The notes beneath the pieces were generated by a model. It was not told where the DNA came from, searched no databases, and saw only the letters and a program-made list of their open reading frames with translations. A program made the translations under genes and the position numbers. DNA of 64,000 nt, taken from IMG/VR virus record IMGVR_UViG_3300045988_101743, positions 1 to 64,000 of that record, one strand, 5' to 3'. This document shows, piece after piece, positions 8,611 to 17,542 of this stretch; the first letter of the stretch is position 1, and every line of letters begins with the position of its first letter. The DNA comes from a virus.

Positions 8611-8856
8611 TTAAATGCCGAACTCATCGTAATGCTTGTCGTCCTCTGCGAACGAAACGGCATGTACCGTGAGTGTTCTCTCATCCTCGTCAACGGTTGC
8701 CTTGTATCTCTTAACGTCCTTGCGTGGATGCTTTTTAGGAGTAGTGTATGCAAGCACTCGTCCGTTATAGCAAGCCTTGACAGTGTCGAGATAGAACACC
8801 CTTGTCTCTCCGGGTTTCAGCCTCATGTAGTCCATGTATCCTACTTTTCTTTCCAT
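8611..8856 (-). CDS. Small hypothetical protein; paralog of 11562..11771 (shared LKPGExxVFxLDTxKA motif)
   Basis: MDYMRLKPGETRVFYLDTVKAC here against ILNIKPGEFEVFVLDTPKAV in 11562..11771. Confidence 0.4.
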   Translation of the reverse strand: MERKVGYMDYMRLKPGETRVFYLDTVKACYNGRVLAYTTPKKHPRKDVKRYKATVDEDERTLTVHAVSFAEDDKHYDEFGI

Positions 8857-8873
8857 ATCTTAGTGTTATGCGA

Positions 8874-9164
8874 TTAGAATCTTGTTCCTTCGATGCGCTT
8901 TATCTCATCGTTGATGTAGAAGATGGCCTTTCTCAGGTCCTCTATGCGCTTCTCCTCCTCGGTCTTGTCACCGTCAGCCTTGCCCTTTCTCATAAGGTAT
9001 TTCAGCGCGTTGCCGATGGAGAAGTCGAAGTGGCGGCAGATTTCTATTGGCTCTACGCCACATAAGTCCTTCAGCCACGCATAATGGGATGGATGGTTGA
9101 CCTGTTCGCTCTTTTCGGCGTATTTTGGATATAAGCCAAGACCAATATCTTCTTTCTTAATCAT
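8874..9164 (-). CDS. DUF3310-family phage protein
   Basis: HPSHYAW...GVEPIEICRHFDFSIGNALKYLMRKG matches the DUF3310 pattern. Confidence 0.5.
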   Translation of the reverse strand: MIKKEDIGLGLYPKYAEKSEQVNHPSHYAWLKDLCGVEPIEICRHFDFSIGNALKYLMRKGKADGDKTEEEKRIEDLRKAIFYINDEIKRIEGTRF

Positions 9165-9370
9165 AAGCTATTCTCCTTTTGTATGCACGTATCCACAGAT
9201 GCCGACGTACATGATGTATTTTGAGTATTTAACCATTTTTCCAAAAATCTACTATATGGAGGAAAATTCTCAGCAAACAACAAATCCAAACCAAGAATGT
9301 CCTTATGATTTTTCTTCACTTCTTCTTTGCTAATTAGTTTCATCATTCTCAATCTCAATAAAATCTCCAA
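9161..9370 (-). CDS. Small hypothetical protein (69 aa)
   Basis: ORF in an AT-rich segment; weak. Confidence 0.25.
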   Translation of the reverse strand: MEILLRLRMMKLISKEEVKKNHKDILGLDLLFAENFPPYSRFLEKWLNTQNTSCTSASVDTCIQKENSL

Positions 9371-9740
9371 TGCCTAAACGAGCATTGTTTATGCAAGACG
9401 CAATCCACTCTATCAGGTATGCGCTGGCCTCTCCGCCGTGTTCCATACCGAGGGCCTCTTCTATTGCGTCGCAAACATGGCTCGCCTCATGGCTCACAAC
9501 TCCGACAAGGCGCGCTGTGGCATGGTTGTCGAACACCACGAGCTCGCCAATCTTGTTGTCAGAGCACCTTCGCACCTCGAAGCATGTCACGGCCTCGGCC
9601 ACACAAAGGTCGAAGTCCACAGGCTTTCCTCTCTCGCTCTTAAAAACACCTTCGAGGTCTTCCGGTCCCAACCCTACGGCCACCCAAAGCCTTCGTGGGT
9701 ATAGGCCAGGATCATACTCGTAGTATCCGTATCTCTTCAT
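9330..9740 (-). CDS. Hypothetical protein with an HExxH motif (possible small zinc metallopeptidase, ImmA/SprT-like); start at ATG 9740
   Basis: MKRYGYYEYDPGLYPRRLWVAVG...VVSHEASHVCDAIEE carries HEASH. Confidence 0.4.
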   Translation of the reverse strand: MKRYGYYEYDPGLYPRRLWVAVGLGPEDLEGVFKSERGKPVDFDLCVAEAVTCFEVRRCSDNKIGELVVFDNHATARLVGVVSHEASHVCDAIEEALGMEHGGEASAYLIEWIASCINNARLGIGDFIEIENDETN

Positions 9741-10187
9741 GCACCGTTCTATCTTTTTGTTATTTCTATGTTGGCGAGGAGGTTTCGGAACCTCACCCTC
9801 ATGCGGCCTACTCTCATTCATCCGCATTGCCGTGCATCTGTTGACACCACTCGCCACTTGGTTTCCGCTAAGTATATGATTTATAGACGCCCTTTGCGTT
9901 ATCGTCTTTGTCGGTCGGTGAGAGCCGCCCGGCAGCCTTCTGTGGTTTCGGTTACGCTTCTCTTGCCATCATGTGATGGTAGTTAGTCGTTGCTTGTCCC
10001 TACTCGCACCTTAGGAAGGACTTTCGATGGTCATGCGTCCGTTCACGGGTCGTTCGCCAGCCACATATTATTATATGTTGTGGCTTTGCGAAACAAGGCA
10101 GCCTCATTCGCCGCTCGCCGCTACTGTTTTTTCCACGCCATCTGTTTTGTTCCAATAAGCAAAGAGCTACTCCTTTCATTTCATTGT

Positions 10188-10237
10188 GCCTTCATCGGGG
10201 ATCGAACCCGCCACTGGGCGCCAGCCGCCCTGAAGGC
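10188..10237 (-). other. 50-nt tRNA-like minihelix: 7-bp acceptor-like stem + 5-bp hairpin + T-arm (GGTTCGATCC) + discriminator A; no D-arm or standard anticodon loop
   Basis: Minus strand reads gccttca-gg-gcggc-tggc-gcccagtg-gcggg-ttcgatc-cccga-tgaaggc-a. It lies in the 520-bp ORF-free gap 9858..10379. Confidence 0.35.
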
Positions 10238-10379
10238 TTGATAGGAATCCTGATGTCTCATCTGTATTCCTCTCCCCACGCTTGGGTACCTGTAATAATA
10301 CTAACCTCAAACTTTAGATTTTGAAAAATCAAAAATCAATCAATAACCAAAAAATCTATCTACCAAATATATTAAAGAA

Positions 10380-10638
10380 TTACATAATCCTGTTGTTCTC
10401 GATGAGCCTCATTACATCCTTCACCTTGTAAAGGAATGTGTTCCTTAGCTTATAGGTCGGCAACTGCCCTGACTCCCGAAGGTCCTTGATGAAATCCTTG
10501 CTCACGCCACCGAGAAAGACGGCCAGCGACTTGCTTGTAAGGAACTCCTGTTCCTGTTCCTTCAACGACAGCACTTTCTCGACCACATTGATGTTTAGGC
10601 TTGCGCGGCATCTTGGCCGCTTCTGTTGGCTTGTCTGC
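10380..10638 (-). CDS. HTH_17 / excisionase-family DNA-binding protein (start ATG 10638)
   Basis: LTSKSLAVFLGGVSKDFIKDLRESGQLPTYKLRNTFLYKVKDV matches the Xis/MerR-type HTH_17 pattern. Confidence 0.5.
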
Positions 10639-10642
10639 ATGG

Positions 10643-11533
10643 CTATCCCTCCTCTTTCTTGTTTTGCTCTATGAGCGGCATTATGTTGTGCTTCTTCAGC
10701 TCTTCGTACAGGAAGAGCCTGCCCTTCTGCGTCCATTTTGTGTGCATCACTGTTCCGTTCGTACCGTTCTTGTGGACTATTGGGAATGTGTCGGACTGCA
10801 CGTATCCGAACGGGAGGTGTTTTGCGTAGAGCACCCACTGGCCGCCTACCTTGTGCTGCACCCCGAAATTTCTGAGAAGGACGTTGAACGCCTTGGCCGA
10901 CTGTCCGTAGTCTTGCGCTATCTGCGTTGTCGTGACGGTCTCCTTGCTTGCGAGGATCATGTCAACGTATGTCACCTTTGGCTCCATTTCAGCTATCGCG
11001 CCGTTCAGCTCTACAATCTCCTTGGAGGTTGCCTCAAGTTGCCTCTGCTGTTCCTCGATCTGCTCCTGCTGCTTTGCGGCGAGCATGAGGGCCTCTGCGA
11101 ACGACTGGGGCACTTGGTACTGGCTTCTCTCTTTTGTCTCAAGCTCTTCCCAGCGGTTGATAATCTTAGCTCTCAATATTACATCATATCCACTTGCTAA
11201 AAGGAGACACGCCTTTTTATTTAAGACATACATGTTTCTTTCTTCTCCCTTGGTGTCCTTGTAAGTAGAACTCTCAATAATATAGCTTGATGTATTTTGC
11301 TTACCAAAGCACCAGTTCAAAATCGCCACCTGGGTTTTATTCGACAAATACTTATACTGAGTTCTATCACCTCGATGGTAATCTTCTCTGCAATCAACCA
11401 ATCCCGATGTGGATTCGTTGATTTTGTCTATAAGAGCTCTGATGTCACGCATTACGTGAGCATGTTGCTTGCCTGTCACCTCAGCTATCTCAAGCGAGGT
11501 CATTGTTTCCTTCTTGATAATTAGGTCTGTCAT
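10643..11533 (-). CDS. Phage antirepressor: Rha N-terminal domain + ANT/KilAC C-terminal domain
   Basis: N-terminal SLEIAEVTGKQHAHVMRDIRALIDKI is Rha. C-terminal TTTQIAQDYGQSAKAFNVLLRNFGV...GGQWVLYAKH...WTQKGRLFLYEEL is KilAC. Confidence 0.75.
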   Translation of the reverse strand: MTDLIIKKETMTSLEIAEVTGKQHAHVMRDIRALIDKINESTSGLVDCREDYHRGDRTQYKYLSNKTQVAILNWCFGKQNTSSYIIESSTYKDTKGEERNMYVLNKKACLLLASGYDVILRAKIINRWEELETKERSQYQVPQSFAEALMLAAKQQEQIEEQQRQLEATSKEIVELNGAIAEMEPKVTYVDMILASKETVTTTQIAQDYGQSAKAFNVLLRNFGVQHKVGGQWVLYAKHLPFGYVQSDTFPIVHKNGTNGTVMHTKWTQKGRLFLYEELKKHNIMPLIEQNKKEEG

Positions 11534-11561
11534 TTTTACCTCCTATACACTATTATTATTG

Positions 11562-11771
11562 TTACTCACTGGGAACGGCCTCGATCACGATTGTGCGGTC
11601 CTTGTAGTTGCATTTTGTTCGGTATCTCTCAACACCAGCAGGAGGCTCTATGTGTCCTATCTGCAAAGCGTATGATTTTGCCGAAACGACAGCTTTTGGC
11701 GTATCCAGCACAAAAACCTCAAATTCGCCTGGTTTAATGTTTAGGATGTCAGCCTTTGTCACTTTTTTCAT
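11562..11771 (-). CDS. Small hypothetical protein (start MKKVTKADIL), first gene of the leftward early operon; paralog of 8611..8856
   Basis: The ORF upstream of M33 is low complexity. Shares the KPGE..VF.LDT motif. Confidence 0.4.
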   Translation of the reverse strand: MKKVTKADILNIKPGEFEVFVLDTPKAVVSAKSYALQIGHIEPPAGVERYRTKCNYKDRTIVIEAVPSE

Positions 11772-12037
11772 TCTACTTGCTTTATTACTTCTTATATAAT
11801 TTGGAAATGTGCGACAAAAGTAGTATATTTGCAGTGTGAAATATTGATACGCCACTTTCGGTCGCACAGTCTTCCGTTTGTGTCGGTCTTAATTCGTTGC
11901 TTGACCCGAAACACAAGTGCAAAGATAGTGCTTTTATAGTGTAATGCAAAAGAAAAGGTCATTTTTCTCACTATATTTAACACTTCTAAACATTTTGTGT
12001 TGTTTTAGTTGCATATATGACACTAACGCACACAACT
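11772..12037. promoter_or_regulatory. Divergent promoter/operator region between the leftward early operon and the rightward CI-like repressor
   Basis: 266-bp AT-rich ORF-free gap with divergent gene starts on each side. Confidence 0.4.
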
Positions 12038-12697
12038 ATGGATACAAACATTATCGAAAGGATGGAGATGGTATTAGCGAAGAGGCATGAAACCAAGAAC
12101 TCTTTTGCTCTATCTGTTGGGATCGCCACCTCTAACTTCACTCGCAAGATGAAAGGAACGCAAGCATTCACCAAGCGCGACTTCATGTTGATCTCAAAGG
12201 CGACTGGCATCAGCAGGGAATGGCTTGAGTTTGGCGAGGGCGAGATGGTTTCCGACAAGGGCGCAATCGTGACACAGGTGAAAGCAGAGAGGCCCACGGG
12301 CGACGGGAAGCCCTTCTACGACGTTGACTTTGCGCTCGGCTTCAACGGAATGTATAATGACGAGCCGAACGTGCCTTCAAAAATCATCAGCGTACCCGGC
12401 TACGAGAAGGCCGACTTCTGGTGCCGCACGTCAGGCGACAGCATGAAGCCGTTCATCAGCAACGGAGACATCATCGCCCTGAAGGAGATAGAGGACTGGC
12501 AGAGCTTTCTCCCCATGAACGAGGTGTACGCCATCATGACAACCAACGACCTGAGAACCGTGAAGGTCGTCCGCAAGGGCAGCGACGACGAGCACCTGAC
12601 CCTCCACGCCTACAACGAGGAATACGAGGATCAGGAGATAAGCAAGAGCGCAATAACGAAAGTTTTCAAGGTGATAGGAGCTTTGAAAACAATGTAG
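12038..12697 (+). CDS. CI/LexA-like repressor: N-terminal XRE HTH + C-terminal S24 peptidase
   Basis: HTH FALSVGIATSNFTRKMKG and the S24 motif GDSMKP...NGDIIALKE. It is divergent from the antirepressor operon. Confidence 0.75.
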   Translation: MDTNIIERMEMVLAKRHETKNSFALSVGIATSNFTRKMKGTQAFTKRDFMLISKATGISREWLEFGEGEMVSDKGAIVTQVKAERPTGDGKPFYDVDFALGFNGMYNDEPNVPSKIISVPGYEKADFWCRTSGDSMKPFISNGDIIALKEIEDWQSFLPMNEVYAIMTTNDLRTVKVVRKGSDDEHLTLHAYNEEYEDQEISKSAITKVFKVIGALKTM

Positions 12698-12729
12698 GTG
12701 TAAAAAGAGAGATTAAACCAACAATATTT

Positions 12730-13036
12730 ATCCGTACCCAAAACCGTACCCGATATTCCAAATGGACCATAAAGTGCTGATAGTCATAGGGTTACAAATC
12801 GTTGCAAACATCTTCATGACGCTTGTCAGGAATTAGAAGCAAAACATCATAACACGCTATGTTTCAGATAGTTGCAAAATTGCAAGGCGTAAGCACCCAT
12901 GTGAAAATCGGCGATTTTTCGCACAAAAACTATAGGTTTATCGGGGTTTGTTCGGGTACTTCCGTACCCAAAATCGTACCCAACGAAAACAGGGTACGAA
13001 CGGAAAGGGTCTAACATAAAAAAGGAAAGGGTCTAT
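12730..13036. promoter_or_regulatory. attP-like region: clustered GTACCC/GGGTAC arm-type repeats upstream of int, plus a GGAAAGGGTCTA direct repeat
   Basis: ccgtacccaaaaccgtaccc at 12732-12751, ccgtacccaaaatcgtaccc at 12962-12981, inverted gggtacga at 12993-13000, and GGAAAGGGTCTA twice at 13005-13035. Confidence 0.4.
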
Positions 13037-13037
13037 T

Positions 13038-14252
13038 ATGAAGTACCGCATTTACGTAGACACAACGAAAAAGAGGCAAGACGAGCAAAGCCCGGTCGTG
13101 CTAATATTCGAGGACAGTGGAATGAGGTTCAAGATTTCCACGGGCCTGTTCTCTTCCAGGAAGTTCACAGGAAAGGAGTTTCCAAAAGAAGAGCCCAACC
13201 ACAAGGCTAAGACTCTCAATCTTGCGAAAAAGCTGCTTGATATCGACGAATACCTACTGGTGAACAGCGGTGTTCCGTTCAACAAGGCGAAAGAGGATAT
13301 CAAGGCGATTTTGAACGGAGAGGGGAACGCCCTGAAGCCAATCACGTTCTACATGGAGGAGCTGGCCAAGACCAAGACGCCGAGCACCGCAAAGTTCTAT
13401 ATCAAGACAGCGAGGAAGATCAGGGAGTTCGACCCATCAGCCACCTTCGACACCATAGATGCTGAATGGCTGCAAAATTTCGACACGCACATGAAGGAGA
13501 ACGGGAACACGACCGTCAATGGCCGCGCCATCCATCTTCGCGACATAAAGGCCGTGTTCAACGCCGCCTTGGCCGATGAGATAACGACCAAGTACCCATT
13601 CAGGAAGTTCAAGATCAAGGCGGACAGCGTACCCATCAAGAACATAACGCTTGAGCAGCTTAGGGAGCTCAGGGATTGCAAGGTTGAGCCCAACAGCCGT
13701 ATTTACCGCGACCTGTTCCTCCTGTCGTTCTACCTTTGCGGCATCAACCCTGTCGATCTGCTGCACCTCACTAAGGCAAACATCAAGAATGGGCGCATCG
13801 TTTATACGAGGAGCAAGACGCACAAGCTGTACGACATACCTCTGCCACCGGAAGCGAAGGAGATTTTCAGGATGTATAAGGGGAAAGACTACCTGTTGGA
13901 GGTGCTTGACTATTACGGTGATGATTACCTGCATTTCCTGAGCAGATGGAATAAGATGCTGAAAAGAATAGGAAATATGAAGATATGCGAGCGTTCGGAC
14001 GGCAGGAAGGTGCTGAGGATGGGTGAGCCTATATTGCCGAATCTGACTGTTTATTCGGCCAGATACACCTTTGCGAGCATCGGTGCGGTGCTTGAGATAC
14101 CGAGAGAGACCATAGCGTTGTGCCTTGGTCACTCTTGGGCCGATGTCACCGCGCATTATATCAGCTATAGCATGAAGCGTATAGATGATGCGGTAAGGAA
14201 GATCATTGACTATGTGAACGCAGACATTTCCAATGAAAATGACGATATATGA
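13038..14252 (+). CDS. Tyrosine site-specific integrase
   Basis: 404 aa. C-terminal catalytic region ...RYTFASIGAVLEIPRETIALCLGHSWADVTAHYISY carries R, HxxR and Y. Confidence 0.85.
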   Translation: MKYRIYVDTTKKRQDEQSPVVLIFEDSGMRFKISTGLFSSRKFTGKEFPKEEPNHKAKTLNLAKKLLDIDEYLLVNSGVPFNKAKEDIKAILNGEGNALKPITFYMEELAKTKTPSTAKFYIKTARKIREFDPSATFDTIDAEWLQNFDTHMKENGNTTVNGRAIHLRDIKAVFNAALADEITTKYPFRKFKIKADSVPIKNITLEQLRELRDCKVEPNSRIYRDLFLLSFYLCGINPVDLLHLTKANIKNGRIVYTRSKTHKLYDIPLPPEAKEIFRMYKGKDYLLEVLDYYGDDYLHFLSRWNKMLKRIGNMKICERSDGRKVLRMGEPILPNLTVYSARYTFASIGAVLEIPRETIALCLGHSWADVTAHYISYSMKRIDDAVRKIIDYVNADISNENDDI

Positions 14253-14261
14253 GGCTTGAAA

Positions 14262-14296
14262 AACAAAAAGGGAGGCTGTCGCACCTCCCTTTTTAA
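14262..14296. terminator. Bidirectional rho-independent terminator
   Basis: aaaaa-gggaggctgtcgcacctccc-ttttt: a perfect 7-bp GC stem flanked by an A-run and a T-run. Confidence 0.6.
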
Positions 14297-14336
14297 TATG
14301 ATAAACGTTTTTTATTATGATAAGCGTCAAGTCTGC

Positions 14337-14756
14337 CTACATGTCGTAGTCGCACATTTGGTTGGCAGGGCACAACTCGTAGTCCTCCACGTTCTCAATC
14401 ACCATATCCTCGCCGTTGAACTGCTTGATAATGAGTTTGCGGTTCTCTGCGTCGGGGTGGATGCTGCGGATGTTGTTGTTAGAGATCCATATAGGGAGGT
14501 TGGTTTCCTTGGTGTAAACCACAAGATACCACGGGCCAACCTTATACTGATCCATCACCACGGCGATTTTGGAAGTAAGGAGCGAGGAAACCTTGTCGAT
14601 AGCTTTCTCAACAAACTCCTCCTTGCGCTTTAAGATGACCTTCTCAATGAACTGCTCCTTGCGATTGCCGTTGAACTTGCCAATCCATGATGCGAAGAGG
14701 GCAAAGAGGAGAAGAACGAGAATGAAGACGAGTGCTTCAACGAAAAATGTTGTCAT
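14337..14756 (-). CDS. Membrane-anchored hypothetical protein (N-terminal TM)
   Basis: MTTFFVEALVFILVLLLFALFASWIG. Confidence 0.5.
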   Translation of the reverse strand: MTTFFVEALVFILVLLLFALFASWIGKFNGNRKEQFIEKVILKRKEEFVEKAIDKVSSLLTSKIAVVMDQYKVGPWYLVVYTKETNLPIWISNNNIRSIHPDAENRKLIIKQFNGEDMVIENVEDYELCPANQMCDYDM

Positions 14757-14840
14757 AATGTTTTTTGTTTTAATTGTTTCTATGTTTTGTTTAATTTTCT
14801 TTTCAAATCTATATACTATATGGAGTGTTGTCTGTCATAC

Positions 14841-15308
14841 TCAATCATGCTTTCCTGCCGATACCACCTTCAACGCTTCGAGCAAGGTTTTCTCACTGAT
14901 GCCGTTGCCTGATGCCAGACCGTTCTCCTTGATTTCGCCGAGCACACGATGGATCACACCGCTCTCTCTGAGCATATCCTCGTGACAAGCGTTGACAGCA
15001 CGAATGACATCCGTGCGCAAAGCCTCGATAGCGTCCTTGAGTGTGGCTTCATGCTCATTCTTGATTCCTTCGGCAATGACCTGAGAAGGAACGGGTAAAA
15101 TATACAGAATTTTGGCTAAATGTCTACCGTCATCATTTTTTTTACCAGCAAACACACTTCGCAATTCTTGACTACCATCGTCGAATTTTACGAGATAAAT
15201 ACCTTCTCCATTCGGATAATGGACAAGATACTGCCGTTCGTTCGTAGGGTTCAGTCTCGATTCTTCAATCACACCGGCAATCGGTATTCTCACTTCTTGT
15301 TGCTCCAT
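14841..15308 (-). CDS. Hypothetical protein (155 aa)
   Basis: ORF. Confidence 0.45.
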   Translation of the reverse strand: MEQQEVRIPIAGVIEESRLNPTNERQYLVHYPNGEGIYLVKFDDGSQELRSVFAGKKNDDGRHLAKILYILPVPSQVIAEGIKNEHEATLKDAIEALRTDVIRAVNACHEDMLRESGVIHRVLGEIKENGLASGNGISEKTLLEALKVVSAGKHD

Positions 15309-15324
15309 AATAATTTATGTTAAG

Positions 15325-15807
15325 TTAATCTTCTTGAATATCCAGCTTCTCCTTCCATTCGGGGTCATGGATAGAACCTACGACCTCTGATTTTTTAGTA
15401 TCGGAACTGTTGAAAAAATCTTCTCTTCCACTCTCATCTTCTGCTGATATAGAATCAGGATTCTTGTGCAGAACAAATATAGGACATAAGAAGTTCTCGG
15501 AATAATCGATTGATAAGTAATAATTATAAACGACGTTTCCACATTCATCAAAATCCGAGTAATCACTCAGTTCAAACGGTTCAAACCTTAACAAATCTCC
15601 CTCGTAAATTTCCTTGCCATTCTTGTCGGTTAGTCCCGTGAACTGGCATACGGTATCAGGGGCAACCAATACCGCTTCATTACGATTAAGCATAGAATCT
15701 TTCTGCCTATCCTTAATGATGTAGGTATTATCACACTCCTTATACAAATAGCCTTCAATCCACTCACTACTATCAACACTCTTACCTTTGAATTTGATGG
15801 TTCTCAT
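15325..15807 (-). CDS. YopX-family phage protein
   Basis: MRTIKFKGKSVDSSEWIEGYL...VAPDTVCQFTGLTDKNGKEIYEGDLL is the YopX signature. Confidence 0.6.
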   Translation of the reverse strand: MRTIKFKGKSVDSSEWIEGYLYKECDNTYIIKDRQKDSMLNRNEAVLVAPDTVCQFTGLTDKNGKEIYEGDLLRFEPFELSDYSDFDECGNVVYNYYLSIDYSENFLCPIFVLHKNPDSISAEDESGREDFFNSSDTKKSEVVGSIHDPEWKEKLDIQED

Positions 15808-15812
15808 AATAT

Positions 15813-16001
15813 CTACTTTTTATGTTTCTTATGCACCCCTGCGAAAACGTAAAGAAATAATACAAGAATGTTTCCCACCACAATTAAGATCATTGGCTGC
15901 ATAACTAACCACCACGACCAACTGATTGCTCCGCAGAGTTTCATCACGATAAAGGCTACCTGAAGCGTTACAATCATAAAATCAATAATACCAAATTTCA
16001 T
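15813..16001 (-). CDS. Small two-TM membrane protein
   Basis: 62 aa, mostly hydrophobic (FMIVTLQVAFIVMKL...MILIVVGNILVLFLYVFAG). Confidence 0.4.
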   Translation of the reverse strand: MKFGIIDFMIVTLQVAFIVMKLCGAISWSWWLVMQPMILIVVGNILVLFLYVFAGVHKKHKK

Positions 16002-16042
16002 ATCTCGTTTATAGTTTTAGTTCTGACATTGATGTACATAAG

Positions 16043-16654
16043 TTAATCTATTAGTTCGAAATCGTAAACGAACACATAAGGGTTGCTCTCCCAAGTGCCT
16101 TTGCCGGAAATGAGGTCGATAAGGGAGGCGTAGGCTTCCTGCGGAGTTCGGAACGAGGGATTGGCAAGACCGTGATACCAATACGTCGTGCCTTCAAGCC
16201 CTACGTTGTCGTCACGCCAAATGCCTTCTTTCAGGCAGCCTCCATTGCTGATGTCTTGCAGACGTTCTACGCGGATGTTGTTGATGCGAATATGATGGGG
16301 CATAAGTTCTGCACGGACAAACATCTTGTTGTTGTACCCTTTCTCGAGTCCTATGCGATCCAGAGGCATTCTGTTTTTGCCACAAAAACGATAAAATTCA
16401 TCGTCATTTAACAGATCTTCGTATCTCTGGGCGATGGCTATGGTTTCACCGAGTTTATAGTGGGCGGTTTTAAGCCTATTGTTGCGAAGCATAAGCAAAG
16501 CTTGGCCGTTGTCGAGCTTTTTGAGTTGAAAATCTTCATCATCAAACACAACAAACCCGTTTTGCGTATAAGCTATTCTTCTTGTCTGGGTCTTTCTGCC
16601 TTCAAGTACGGCCTGTGTAAGACCGTACTTGTCGTTGAACATAATCTTCTTCAT
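16043..16654 (-). CDS. ASCH/PUA-like domain protein
   Basis: The N-terminus MKKIMFNDKYGLTQAVLEGRKTQTRR resembles the ASCH domain. Confidence 0.45.
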   Translation of the reverse strand: MKKIMFNDKYGLTQAVLEGRKTQTRRIAYTQNGFVVFDDEDFQLKKLDNGQALLMLRNNRLKTAHYKLGETIAIAQRYEDLLNDDEFYRFCGKNRMPLDRIGLEKGYNNKMFVRAELMPHHIRINNIRVERLQDISNGGCLKEGIWRDDNVGLEGTTYWYHGLANPSFRTPQEAYASLIDLISGKGTWESNPYVFVYDFELID

Positions 16655-16733
16655 ACTCTATATTTTCGTTTTAACGTATTAACCCTGTCTTAAATCCGTT
16701 TTCCTTCAATCTGACGATATGGGACAAAGTCTG

Positions 16734-17273
16734 TCAGGTTTTCAACTGCTCGTCCGACAATGACTCCGAGCTATACAGCGACAGGTCATTATACCAGTGG
16801 TCTTCGTCGCCTATGTCGATGAAAGGGTTCTCGGGTATCTCGCAAGTTTTCACACTTGTCACCCACTCGCTCGGTATGTACGAGGCGAAAAACGCCATCT
16901 TCTTTTGCAAGGGGAACGATTGGTACAAGGGGCAGTACTTTCCGGCGAACTTATAGCACAATACCCTATGCAGCTTTCCGTCCTGCGACTCAAACGAGAC
17001 CTTATGGCGGTTCCCGCGGTGCAAGGCGGCCATGACGCGAAGAAAATCCTCCCATCCCACATCCCTGTGCAGCTCGCCTATGATCTTGTTGAAATAGCAC
17101 TCCCAGAGGTTACGACGCATGAAATACCAAAGAAAGTCCATGTCCGTTTCGTTCATCTGCGGAATACTCTTCCACACAAACTCACGCCATACGTGCTGAC
17201 GGAGGTGCGACCCTCTTGCGAACCCCTCGATGGCGCAGAGGAAGTCGTGGTGGTCAAGACTGATGGTAATCAT
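16734..17273 (-). CDS. Hypothetical protein (179 aa)
   Basis: ORF. Confidence 0.45.
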   Translation of the reverse strand: MITISLDHHDFLCAIEGFARGSHLRQHVWREFVWKSIPQMNETDMDFLWYFMRRNLWECYFNKIIGELHRDVGWEDFLRVMAALHRGNRHKVSFESQDGKLHRVLCYKFAGKYCPLYQSFPLQKKMAFFASYIPSEWVTSVKTCEIPENPFIDIGDEDHWYNDLSLYSSESLSDEQLKT

Positions 17274-17299
17274 ATATTATATATATTGTGATGTTTTTT

Positions 17300-17530
17300 C
17301 TATTTATCATCAAGAGTTCGACCTATATGCCATTTTTGACAAGTCCTGCATTGATATGCTGTATATCCCTGCTCCAACAGATTAGGTCGTAATTGTAGAT
17401 ATTCCCAAGCATCATCCTCAGTCTCATAGGCGACCTTCGCTTTCCACGAGCGGTACTTTCGTGTGTAATGCTCAGGGTCAGGAGTGAATGGAGGAACCTT
17501 GTTAAAATACCTATGTCTGTTTTTGGCCAT
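17300..17530 (-). CDS. Small hypothetical protein with a zinc-ribbon-like CxxC
   Basis: YQCRTCQKWH. The ATG at 17530 sits 12 nt after the stop that would end a full-length methyltransferase. Confidence 0.45.
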   Translation of the reverse strand: MAKNRHRYFNKVPPFTPDPEHYTRKYRSWKAKVAYETEDDAWEYLQLRPNLLEQGYTAYQCRTCQKWHIGRTLDDK

Positions 17531-17542
17531 TTGTTGCTTTTG

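Noticed and set aside
9858-10187. ORFs 9990..10241 (+) and 9768..9986 (+) in the 520-bp gap
   Set aside because: Arg/Ser/Cys-rich, with no codon periodicity or start context. The region is better explained as non-coding regulatory or structured DNA next to the tRNA-like minihelix.
13437-14330. 297-aa minus-strand ORF
   Set aside because: It is antisense to the integrase and has no start context; spurious.
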